Source: the human T2T-CHM13v2.0 reference genome, Homo sapiens. From it: a stretch of DNA of 64,000 bases. A program made the position numbers and the translations under genes. The notes beneath the pieces are model-generated. The model worked only from the letters and a program-made list of their open reading frames with translations, made no database searches and had not been told where the DNA came from. Every line of letters starts with the position of its first letter. The first letter of the stretch is position 1. This document shows positions 1 through 10,425 of the stretch, piece after piece. The stretch lies in the NCBI RefSeq assembly GCF_009914755.1, contig NC_060946.1; one strand, 5' to 3'.

Positions 1-600
1 AGGGCAGGGCAGGACCAGTGCAGGGCCAATGCAGGGTGAGGGCAAGGCCAGGGCATGGAAGGGCAGGGCAGGACCAAGGAAGGGCCAGGAGAGGGCCATG
101 GCAGGGTCATGGCCAGAACAAGGGTATGGCTGGGGTCAGGAATATGGTAGGATGAGGGCTGGGCCCAGGCTGGGGCATGCAGGGCAGAGCATGGCCTGTG
201 CAAGGCATGGCCAGAGCCAGGCCATAGAGATGGGAGGGCAACACCAAGGCAGAGTCAGGGTAGATCCAGGGCTGAGCAGAGTCAGGGCAGGTCCAGAGTC
301 GAGGCAGAGCTAGGGCCCAAGCAGGGCCATGGTAGCACCAGGGCAGAGGAGGGCAGGGCAATGCAGGACTGGGCCATGGCAGTGCCTGGTCAACTCCGGG
401 GCAGGGCCAGAAGCAGGACAGGGACAGGGCCAATGCTCAGGCCAGGGACAGGGCATGACAGGACGTGCCAGAGCAGGGCTGGGCCAACGTCGGGGCAGGG
501 CAAATCAGACCAGGACACCTCCAAGTCCAGCTCTGGCCCTGCCTTGGCCCTGGCCCCTTCCTGGCCTGACCTTGTCCCTGGCCCTGCCCTATCCATGCCC
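1..600. repeat. CAGGG-type degenerate GC-rich tandem repeat (block 1; G-rich to ~510, C-rich ~525-600)
   Basis: Degenerate CAGGG/GGGCA/GGGCCA units; strand polarity flips near 510-525. Resembles the CAGGG repeats described at hominoid pericentromeric duplication boundaries. Confidence 0.85.
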
Positions 601-654
601 TGTGTGTTTGACCAGTGTTTTATAACCAGAATCCTACAAGAAACTTAAATTAGT

Positions 655-770
655 TCTTTTTGTGCATTTTTAGTAGAGATGGGGTTTCACAATGTTGCCC
701 AGGCTGGTTCCAAACTCCTGAGCTCAAGCCATCTGCCTGCCTTGGCCTCCCAAAGTGCTGGGATTACAGG
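655..770 (-). mobile_element. Alu left-monomer fragment (AluJ/FLAM-like)
   Basis: ttttagtagagatggggtttcac...ctcctgagctcaagccatctgcctgccttggcctcccaaagtgctgggattacagg is an antisense Alu left arm. Confidence 0.9.
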
Positions 771-781
771 AGTAATCTGGC

Positions 782-930
782 CAAGTATTTAACTTCTTTA
801 TGCCTGTTTCCTACATTTGGAAAATGGAGATGCTTTAAGTACCTAGCACATAGAATTATTGTGAGAATCAATGCCTCACATATTTACATGTTGATAAAAT
901 TATACTCATAGAACACTACTGGAAGCAAAG
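782..930 (+). mobile_element. MIR fragment
   Basis: tgcctgtttcctacatttggaaaatggagat...gtacctagcacatagaattattgtgagaatcaatg matches the MIR core. Confidence 0.7.
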
Positions 931-1065
931 ATAGTATTAGTTAAAATTTAGTGATTACTACAAATATTATTACTATCACAAACAACATAGTATAGACATT
1001 ACTACTACTATAGTTATCTTAAAAATCTAAAATAAAAATTTTACATAATAGCCTAAAGTAATCTC

Positions 1066-4000
1066 TCCTGCTCTGCCCTGGCTCAGCCCTAGTGCTGGCT
1101 CTGCCCCTAGTCCTACTACATCCCTGGCCCTGACCCTTCCCTGGTCCAGCCGCTGCCCTGGCCCTTCCCATCTTCAGGCCTTACCATGGCCCTACCCTGG
1201 TCCTGACCCTGCCCTGGTCTGGTCCTGACCCTGGCCCTACCCCAGAGAAGGGGTATGGCAGAGCCAGGGAAGGGCTGGGGCAAATAAGGGACAGGACACA
1301 TCCAAATCCAGGAAAGGGCCAGGGCCATGACAGAGCCAGGGCGAGTCCTTGGCAGGGCCAGGTTCCAGGCCAGGGCCAGGAAAGGGTCATGGCAGGGTCA
1401 CTGTATGGCCAAGGTCCAGGCCAAAGCCAAGGCAGTGGCAGGGTCAGGTCTGCATAAGGGCAGGACCAGAGCCAGTGATACAGCAGGGCCACGGCCAGGG
1501 CCAGGGCTGTGCCAGGACAGAAGAAGAGCAGAGCAGGGCAGGACCACAGCCAGGCCATAGAGAGGGTAGGGCAAATGCCAAGGCAAGGCCAGGGTAGTGC
1601 CAGGGCTGAGGCAAGGTCAGGGAAGGTCCAGGGCTGAGTCAAGGTTAGAACCAAGACAGGGGCAAAGGCTGGGGCAGATCTAGGGCACAAGCGGGGCAGA
1701 TCTAGGGCACAAGCATGGCAGGCTAGGGCAGGGCAATGGCAAGACCAGGTCATGGCAGGGCCAGCCCAGGATAGAACAGGGCACAGGCAGGGCAGGGCCA
1801 GGGCCATGGCTGGGGCAGGACAAGGACCAGGACTGGGGTCCAGGCCAGGGCAAGGGTATGGCCAGGGCAGAGGTAGGGCCAGAGCCAGGGTGTGGGCAGG
1901 ACCAAGGCAGGTCTATTGCAGGGCCAGGGTTCAGACCAGGGCCAGAGCAGGGCTGGGACAGGGCCAGGGCCAGAACCAGGAAAGGGCAATGTCAGGACAA
2001 GGGCCATGGCAGGACCAGCAACGGGGCTAGGGCCAGGACAGGGTCAGGACCAGGGCTGGGCCAGGGTATGGCCTTAAGTAGTGAAGGGCCAGGGCCAGGG
2101 TCCATGCCAGTGCCAGTGCCGGTCCAGGGCAGAGGCAGGGGCATGGCCAGGTCAAGGACAAGGCTGGGGCAGGGCCAAGGTCTGGGTCAGGGTCAGCACA
2201 AGACCAGGACAGAGCCAGGGGAGGGACAGGGCCATGGTAAGACCAGGTTAAATCATGGACAAGACACCTGCAAATCCACTTCAGGGCCAGGTCAGGGCAG
2301 GGCCAGTTCAGGGCCAGGGTCATTGGCAGGGCCAGGGCCATGGCAGGACCAGGGTCAGGAGCAGGGGTCAATGCCAGAGCAAGGCCACAGATAGGACCAG
2401 GTCTGTGCTAGGGCCAGTGTGAGGGCCAAGGCGGGGTCAGAGCAGGCCCAAAGGGAGGGCAGGGCCAGGGCAGGGTGGAGCAGGCCCAGGGTAGCACAGG
2501 GTTAAGGTAGGGAACGACCAACCAGGGCAGGTCTATGGCTGGGGCCGGGGCAGGGCCAGGGCTGGGGCAGGGCCAGAGCCAGGGCAGGGCCAAGACAGTG
2601 GCAGCTCCAGGGCAGGGCCAGGGTTAGGACCACGGACATGTCCAAGGCCAGTGCCATGGCAAGGGCAAGGGCAGGGGCAGGGCCAGGGTCATCTAAGAAC
2701 CAGGGACAAAGCCAGGCCCAGAGCTGGGCCAGGACAGGTACCTGGCAGGGCTAGGGTCTGGGACAGGGCCACGGCAGGGCCAGGGCCACAACCAGGTCTG
2801 TGCTATAGCCAGGTCAAACACAGTGCCCAGGTAAGGCTAGGGTGAAGGCCAAGGTAGGGCCAGGGCAGGGTCAAAGCCAGGCTAGGGCCAAGGCAGGGCC
2901 AGGAAAGCATAGGGCCAGGGCAGGGCAGGGCCAGGCCAGTGCCAAGACCTGGGCAGGGCCAGGGCCAGGGCCACGGCCACGGCCTGGGAAGGACCAGGTT
3001 CGGGGCAGGAGCACAACAAGGGCAAGGACAGTACAGGTTCTTGGCACAGCCAGGGTCCAGGACAGTGTCAGGGCAGGGCCAAGGCAGGGTCTGGGCCATG
3101 GTAAGACCAGCAACAGGGCTGGGGCTAGGTCAGTGACAGGACCAGAGTCAGGGCAAGGGCCAGAGCAGTGCAAGGCCAGGGTAGGGCCAGGCATTTCAGG
3201 GTCAGGGCCAGGGGAGAACCAGGGCAAGGTCTCAAGCAGGGAAGGACCAGGGCCAGGACAGGTCCAGGGCAGGGCCATGACAGGACCAGGGGCTGCGTTA
3301 GGGCAAGGGCAGGGCCACAGCAAGGTAAGGGTCAGGGCCAAGGCTAGGGTAGGGACAGGGCAAGAAATATGGCAGGACCAGGGGCAATGCCAAGGCCAAG
3401 GCTGAGTCAGGGCTGAGTCAGGGCAGGGCAGGGCAGGGCATGGTATGGCCAGGGCAGGAAAGGACAAGAGCCAGTCCACAGAGAGAGCAGGGCTGATGCC
3501 AAGAAAGAGCCAGGCTAGTGCCAAGGCTGAGGCAGTGTCAGAGCATGTCCAGGGCAGGGCCGGGGCCAGGGCCAGAACCGAGCCAGGGCACAGCCAAGGC
3601 AGGGTAGGGCAGGGAAATAGCGTGGCCGGGTCAGTACTGGGGCAGGGCAGAGCAGGGCAAGGCGATGGTAGGGGCAGGGCTGAGACAGGCCAAAGAAGAG
3701 CCATGTTACACCGGGGCCAGGACACCTCCAAGTCCACTTCAGGGCCAAGGCTATGGCAGGACAAAGACCAGGGCCAGGGTCAGAGCCAGGTCTGTGCTCG
3801 GCCAGGGTCAGAGCCAGGTCTGTGCTGGGCCTAGCGAAGACTAGGGTGAGGGCCAAGGTAAGGCCAGGGCAGGGTCAAAGGCAGAGTAGGGGCAGGGCAG
3901 GGTGATGACACATCCAGAGCACAGCAGGGCAGGGTGATGGCAAGACCAGGGGCAGACCACTGCCAGCTCAGGGCCAGGGAAAGGCCAGTGCAGAGCCAGG

Positions 4001-4728
4001 AATGGGTCTGGGTCTGGGTCAGGGCCAGGAACAAGGCAGAGCAGGGCCAGGGCCATGGCAGAGTCAGGGCAGATCCTTGACAGGACCAGGTTCCAGGCCA
4101 GGGCCAGGGCAGCAGCAGGGGCAAGGCCTGGATAAGGGCAGGGCCAGGGATATGGCAGGACCAGGGCTAGGGCCAGGGCCAGGCCATAGTGAGGGCAGGG
4201 CAAAAGCCAAGGCAGGGTCAGGGCAGGTCCAGGGCAGGTCCAGGGAGTGGCCAGCACCAAGCAGGGCCAAGGCACAACCAGCGCAGGGTAAGGCAGGGCA
4301 ATGGCACCACTGGGCCATGACAGGGCAAGGTCAGTGCCAGGAGAGGGCAGAACAGGCAGGCCCATGGTGGGGCCAGGGCAGGGATGGGCCAAAGCAGGGC
4401 CAGGACATTTCCAAGGCCAGGTCAGGGCCAGAACAGGGGCAGGACCATGACCATTGGCAGGGCCAGTGCCATGACAGGACCAGGGTCAGGACAAGGGGCA
4501 GGGCCAGAGCCAGGGCCAGAGCCAAGGTCAGGCCAGTGCAGGTTCAGGGCAGGGCCAGTGTCAGGGCAAGACCAGGGCAGGGACAGGGTAGCACAGGGCC
4601 AAGACAGGGTCAGGATGGGACCAGAGCAGGACAGGGCCGAGACAATCCAGGTAACAGTAGGGCAGGTACAGGGCAAGGCAGGGCAGTACAGGGCCAGATC
4701 CATGGCAGGCGCAGGGCAAAGCCAGGCC
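1066..4728. repeat. CAGGG-type degenerate tandem repeat (block 2; C-rich 1066-~1241, G-rich ~1242-4728)
   Basis: Continuous GGGCAGGGCCA-like units with strong G skew and few CpG; perfect (GGGCA)4 at 3421-3440. Confidence 0.9.
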
Positions 4729-6015
4729 CATTGCCAATGCACCAGCCCTCCCTACAAGGCTCCTACCACCTGGCCACTGCTGCAGCCCGTCCATCGCTGT
4801 AAGCCTGACTCCCAACCCTGCCTGCAGCCGCCTGCCCTCCTAGCGCGGCCGCTCTCCTACCGCTCTGGCGCACTGCAGTCTCCGTCACTGCCATCCACCT
4901 GCAGCGAGGCGAGCCGTGGTGTTGCAGGCTCTAGGTGTCTCCTCCTCTTCCTGGCACGGAGCAGCTGGGCGGGCAAAGCCAGAAAAGCCTAGAGGAAGTT
5001 GTGAGGAGTGGAAGGGTTAGAGCCTCAACTTGTCATGCCAGCCACTGGGTGGCAGGGGCCAGTTTCAGCAAAGGCACTCACACCCACCCTCCAAAGTCCA
5101 GCCTCTCCTTTTGGCCCAAGCTGTCTGGGAACTGGGGTCTGGGGTGGGTGCTGGAGACACCACAGATTCCAGCTCCCCACTCCACAGGAACCATTGGGCC
5201 CACCGGGGCTGCACTCCTCGGGGAACAGGAGAAGCAGAAAAATTCAGACCCAGCCAGCCCTCCACACCCAGGTGCCAATTCCTGTTCTGGACGCCTCCAC
5301 GCACAGGGCCCTGTCCCCCGTGGTGTCCCCAGGGGTGCCTGGCAGCCTCTGAGGCACAGACCGAGAGTGCACAGGCCCAGGAACCACGGTGGGTGTGGGG
5401 GCTCTGCCATGCTCAGGATTCCCATGCAAACGCTGCGTGCCCTGCCACACTCCAGTATGACCAAGAGTGGGTTGCCCTCTGGAGTGTGGAGTCAGGGAGA
5501 GGAGAACCACTCCTTCCTTGGATGCCAACTCTGTTGACCGCCGCCAGCAGTGCAGCCCCTGAAAGCACCGAACTCGCCCGCCCTCCACGGCTAGTCCTGC
5601 CCTCAATAGCGCCCCCCACCTCCGTCCCCCAATGCCGCCAGTAGCGTATACCCGATAGTGCCCTAACCTGTCCTCCTCCATGGGCACTGCAGCCCCAGAA
5701 AGCACCCATAACCCACCCTCCCTGCCGTGGGTAGTGCAGCCCTGTGGAGTGCTACCAACCAGTACCCCTAATGCAGGCAATGACACCCTGGATAGCGCCC
5801 CCAACCCACCCCACACTGCGAAAGGTGCAGCCCTGGATAGCCCCTGTCCTACCACTCTGGTTGTGCTGCAGTCTCTGTTACTGCCACCACCAACCACAGT
5901 GAGGCAAGCCAGTGGGCCGCAGGCTCTAGCACCCAGCAGCCAGGCATGGAGCAGCTCTCGCTGATGGCCGGCTCCTACCACTCTAACCACGCTGCTGTCT
6001 GTCTCTGTGGCCATC
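4729..6015. repeat. REP522-like pericentromeric/subtelomeric repeat
   Basis: Recurring motifs ctcctacc-ctct, ctgcagtctc, gtgcagccc-tggatagcgccccc-aacccacccc; family name from recall and from its usual association with CAGGG and TAR1. Confidence 0.65.
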
Positions 6016-6019
6016 TTCT

Positions 6020-7310
6020 TTCACTACAAAGGAATAAAACTAGGTATCAATAAGAAAAGTAATTTTGGAAACAATACAATCACATGGAAGTTAAATACTA
6101 CCCTCCTGAATAAATGACTAGCGGGTCAATGAAGATACTAAGACAGAAATTCAAAAATTTCATGAAACAAAGGGTAATGAAAACACAGTATACCAAAACT
6201 TGTTACGCAGAAAGCAGTACAAAGGCAGAGATTTACAGCTATAAGTGCCTACCATCCAAACAAAAGAAAAACTTCAAATAAACAATACATCTTAAAGAAC
6301 TAGTAAAGTAAGAACAAACTAAACCAAAAATAAGAAAATAACTAAGATCGTAGCAGAAACAAAATTGAAATAAAAAACACACAAGATTAAACGAAAAGTT
6401 GGTTTTCTGGAAAGCTAAACAAAATTGACAAACTTTTAACCAGCCTAAGAAAAGAGACAAGATTCAAATAAATAAAATCAACAGATTAAAAAAAGGAGAC
6501 ATTACAACTAATACTTCAGAAATTCAAAGGATCATAACTGGCTATTATATGCCAATAAATTGGAAAGCCTAGTAGAAATTGGCAAATTCCTAGATGCATA
6601 CAACCTACTTAGGTAAAACAATGAAAACATCCAAGACCAGAACAGATTGGTAACAAGTAATGAGATTGAAGCCATCAGAAAAAGTCTCCCAGTAAAGAAA
6701 AGCCCAGGAACTGATGTCTTCACTGCTGATGGCTTCACAGCAAACAATTTAAAGACCTAGTACGAATCCTGCTCAAACTATTTTGAAAAACAGGAGGGAA
6801 TACTTCCAAACTTATTCTATGAGACCATTATTACTGTGATACAAAAATCAGATAAAAGCATCAAAGAAGGAAACTACAGGCCAGTATCTCTAATATTGAT
6901 GCAAAAATCCTCAACAAAATACCAGTGAATCAAATTCAGTAATACATTAAAAAGATAATTCATCATGATCAAGTGGGATGTATCCCTGGGATGCAAGAGT
7001 CACTCAACATACAATGTGATACATCATATCAACCAAATAAATGACAAAAACAGTATGATCACGTCAACTGAAACCGAAAAAGCATTTGATGAAATTCAAC
7101 ATCCCTTCATGCTATAAATCCTCAAAGAAACAGGCACAGAAGAAACATACCGCAACATAATAAAAACTACAGGAAAGACACCCACAGCTAGAATCATATG
7201 GAATGGGGAAAAATGGAAAGCTTTTCCTCTAAGATCTGGAACATGATAAGGATGCCCCTTGTCACCACTGTTGTTTAACATAGCACCTGAAATCCTAGCT
7301 AAAGCAATCA
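6020..7310 (+). mobile_element. Old L1 (L1M-type) internal ORF2 fragment
   Basis: A-rich ORF2-like sequence (aaaagcccagga, gatgcaaaaatcctcaacaaaatac, catcatgatcaagtggga, gaaatcctagctaaagcaatcag); many stops; no 3'UTR or poly(A). Confidence 0.9.
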
Positions 7311-7794
7311 GTGCAGCCCCTGATATGGCCCCCAACCCACCCTGCCCCCTACCACCAGCAGTGTCGCCCCCCCCAATAGCACACCCAACATACCCAAACC
7401 GCCCCGCCTCCCTGGACCATGGGCATTACAGCACCCCATAGCGCCCTCAACCGAAACCGCCACCCCACCCCCCACAGCCGCACAGTGCAGCCCTGGATAG
7501 CACACTTAGCCCACCTCACTGTTGCCAGCAATACAGTCTGGGATAGTGCCCCCAACCGGCTCCCCGCCAAAGGCAGTGCAGCCCCAGTTTGGGCCCCCAA
7601 ACCACCCCCCGGTGCAGGCAGCACAGCCCCAGATAGCACACCCAACCAGCCACCCAAGACGGGCAGTGACACCTGAGATAGGGCTCCCAACCCGTCCCAG
7701 GCCACCCGCAGTGCAGCCTGAATAGTGCACTTACCCCGATGCCTTTCTACGCTCTGGCTGGCTGCAGTGTCCATCGCTGCCACCAACCACAAAC
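7311..7794. repeat. REP522-like repeat (resumes after L1 fragment)
   Basis: Same gtgcagccc...gatagc...cccaacc units as 5550-6000. Confidence 0.65.
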
Positions 7795-8196
7795 AGGGCT
7801 GCAAACAGGAAGGATTTTATTCACCGTCGATGCGGCCCCGAGTTGTCCCAAAGCGAGGCAGTGCCCCAAGGTGTGTGCAGAGCAGAACGCGGCTCCGCCC
7901 TCGCAATGCCCTCCGGGTCTGTGCCGAGGAGAACGCAGCTCCGCCCTTGCAAAGGCACACAGCGCCGGTGCCGGCGTGGCGGAGAGGCGGACAGCGGCGG
8001 CGCGGCGGAGAGGCGGTCAGCGGCGGCGCGGCGGAGAGGCGGACAGCGGCGGCGCGGCGGAGAGGCGGACAGCGGCGGCGCGGCGGAGAGGCGGTCAGCG
8101 GCGGCGCGGCGGAGAGGCGGACAGCGGCGGCGCGGCGGAGAGGCGGACAGCGGCGGCGAGGGGCACAGCGGCGGCGCAGGCGCAGAGAGGCGCAGG
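7795..8196 (+). repeat. Interstitial TAR1 telomere-associated repeat (CpG island)
   Basis: ggctgcaaacaggaaggat...gagttgtcccaaagcgaggcagtgcccc, gaggagaacgcagctccgcccttgcaaaggc and ggcgcaggcgcagagaggcgc match human subtelomeric TAR1; the telomere-facing side would be to the left. Confidence 0.88.
7981..8160 (+). repeat. 26-bp CpG-rich VNTR, ~7 copies (GGAGAGGCGG[A/T]CAGCGGCGGCGCGGC)
   Basis: Units start at 7981, 8007, 8033, 8059, 8085, 8111 and 8137; T variant in copies 2 and 5. Confidence 0.95.
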
Positions 8197-8624
8197 CCCA
8201 GGTTCCACTCCCCAGCTGTGAAAGGGTAAGAGCTGAGGGTGGCTGAGACTCGGGGTTGTTCAGGGCGGGGTGGGCTCTGGACCCAGCAGGCCCGGCACCC
8301 AGGTCAGGGCTCCAGGGGAGGCCAGGTGGGCGAAGGCCAAGAAGGGGCCGGGGCTGGTCAGGAAGGGCTCCTGGTGACCAGAGCACTTTGCGTGAGCCAG
8401 GTGGGAGGAAGGTGGCCTGGATGAGCCAGGGAGGTGCCGGGAGGGGCCTTGGCAGAGGCGACCACCTCCGTCAGCCCCCAGGCCACTGAACCCTGGGTAG
8501 CGAGAACCGACAGGGGAGGCTGCAGACAGAGGAGTGGAGGCTCCCCGGCTTTGGGGGCTCTGAGTAGAAGCATCTAGGGGGTCCCTCAAGACGACCCCAA
8601 ACGCTTCCCCATGGTGAGAAAAGA

Positions 8625-8673
8625 AGGCGCAGAGAGGGGCACGGCGCCGGCTCCGGCGCAGAGGGGCGCACAG
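8625..8673 (+). repeat. Second short TAR1 29-bp-repeat-like remnant
   Basis: aggcgcagagaggggcacggcgccggctccggcgcagaggggcgca resembles the TAR1 unit ggcgcagagaggcgcgccgcgccggcgca. Confidence 0.7.
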
Positions 8674-8739
8674 CAAGATTTGAGGTGATTTCTTTTATTG
8701 CCCCAAGTGTACTTCATGTTCAGGCAAGAGGAGTCTGAA

Positions 8740-8925
8740 TTATAGGATGTTTAGAAGCTTCCCTGGCCTCTATCTCTAGATGCCAATAGTACCTGTACCT
8801 CTAGTTGTGACAGCCAAAAGTGCATCTAGATGTTGCTAAATGTCCTCTGTGGGTCAAGATGCTTTTTTCAGACATTACTAAAGGTTCTCTGTACATTACA
8901 GTTATCCCTGGTGGAGAATCACTGA
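8740..8925 (-). mobile_element. MER20 DNA transposon (hAT-Charlie) remnant
   Basis: ggatgtttagaagcttccctggcctctatctctagatgcca...gttgtgacagccaaaa...ggtggagaatcactg is the reverse complement of MER20. Confidence 0.75.
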
Positions 8926-9234
8926 CTTGGAGCAAGAATTTCTTTTTTAAAATTGAAATAGAGAAAGCACTTACCTAGAGTTCAAAACAGAATATTGACA
9001 TATAATTAGGTAGTGATTTGCAGGATAAGTTAGAGAAGGTAGAAATGGGAGGCAATGAGAATATGCAAAAATGATCATGTCAGTCTAGAAATGAATAGAT
9101 GGGCTTATAAGCTAGAGCTCTGTGGCTCTGATAGTAATAGAGGCACTGATAGTAATAGAATAGCAGCAGTTGTAGTGGTACTAGAAGCAGCATTAATTGT
9201 GCAGTCATAAAAGTACTTCTCACAATTACCTTTA

Positions 9235-9345
9235 GAAATGTTTGCTACTATGGTTATCCCCATACTGCCGATGAGGAAGCTGAGGTTTAGTGGTCACCCA
9301 TGGCAATGGTTGGGATTCCAACTCGTATCTGTCTTGCTTCCAACA
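9235..9345 (-). mobile_element. MIR fragment
   Basis: tatccccatactgccgatgaggaagctgaggt...gggattccaactc is an antisense MIR core. Confidence 0.6.
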
Positions 9346-10274
9346 CTTTCTATTGCTTCATCTCTGAAACAGGTTTTGCATTCAAGTGGTTGACAGGAAA
9401 AAGCAGTCTGAATGGTCACACTCTCTGCTGTTTGTTAAATTATACTATCCTTCCCAAAATCTCACTCTCTTTATTTAGAGATGTGAACAAAAATTGTTCC
9501 CCCTAAGAACGGCACAGGCTGGTACAACTTAGAGCCCCATCTGCTCTGGTTTGTTGGATACTGCCACATTACATTAATTAGTAGAGAGAGAGCATTCACA
9601 TGCATAATGTGCCCATTTTTCAAAAGCATATTTTACATGGTTCTGTCTTTTCCTTAAAAATTCATTACAAAGATAAGAGTGTGTTTATCACATAAATACA
9701 GCCAAATTATGGCATAAGGGAGTTTTAAGAAAATAGACAAAAGAAGTTATAAAATTTTAGACATTATAAAATATTTGTTACTGATATTATGCTATGTTTT
9801 TCATGCTATCTTAAAGACTTTTTATAGATATTATTCTATGCTCACAACTAGATTTTGCAATTCCAGTATGCCCATGAATGGAGGAAACCTCCAGTTAGCT
9901 TGGTAATTAATTAGCTTCTTTTGTGAAATGTCCAAGCTGCTAATTTCTGTCTTTTTATTTTAAAATAGAACACCTTTTGTTTATTTCTCTGAGACACAGA
10001 TTTCTCCTACAACTCCAAGTAGGAGAAATAAAAGGAGAAAAACTCCAGAAAGAACTGTTCGGAGTTGGTTAGAAGATTGTCCAGATGATCTTTATTTTAA
10101 TGTTGGGAAAATATAGATGCCTATCTTGGAATCAGCAAATAAAGTATAGTCATATTAAATTTCATTCTAAATTTCTGACTTTATGGTTTATTTTATATAT
10201 ATAATATATTATATATAAATAAAATTTTATATATGTATATCAGTAAACATATGAAACCATGCATAGTACATAAA

Positions 10275-10425
10275 AACTAGGTTCAAGTAGGAACCCAGTT
10301 TACTTTGTTTCTCTGAGCTGTAGTTTCTCAGTATGTGAGGTGGGAATAAAATAGGAACTTCACAGGCTGTTAAATGTGTCAATGAGAGAATGTATATAAA
10401 ATGCTTACACAATGACTAGCACAAA
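10275..10425 (+). mobile_element. MIR fragment
   Basis: ctctgagctgtagtttctcagtatgtgaggtgggaataaaa...atgtatataaaatgcttacacaatgactagcaca. Confidence 0.6.

Noticed and set aside
1-4728. Immunoglobulin switch region
   Set aside because: G-rich, but lacks dense GAGCT/GGGGT pentamers and there are no constant-region exons nearby.
29-4992. Many 60-300 aa Gly/Gln/Arg- or Pro/Trp/Leu-rich ORFs
   Set aside because: Stop-poor shadows of the CAGGG repeat, overlapping in all frames, with no domain.
5600-7800. True telomere or chromosome-fusion site next to TAR1
   Set aside because: Only isolated ccctaa/cccaac hexamers; no (TTAGGG)n array or head-to-head junction.
7981-8160. CRISPR-like array or PRDM9 13-mer cluster
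   Set aside because: Tandem units have no spacers and the DNA is human; the unit does not match CCNCCNTNNCCNC.
4935-8676. ORFs up to 256 aa in REP522/TAR1 including RRGGQRRRGGEA repeats
   Set aside because: Translations of GC-rich repeats and the VNTR; no recognisable protein.
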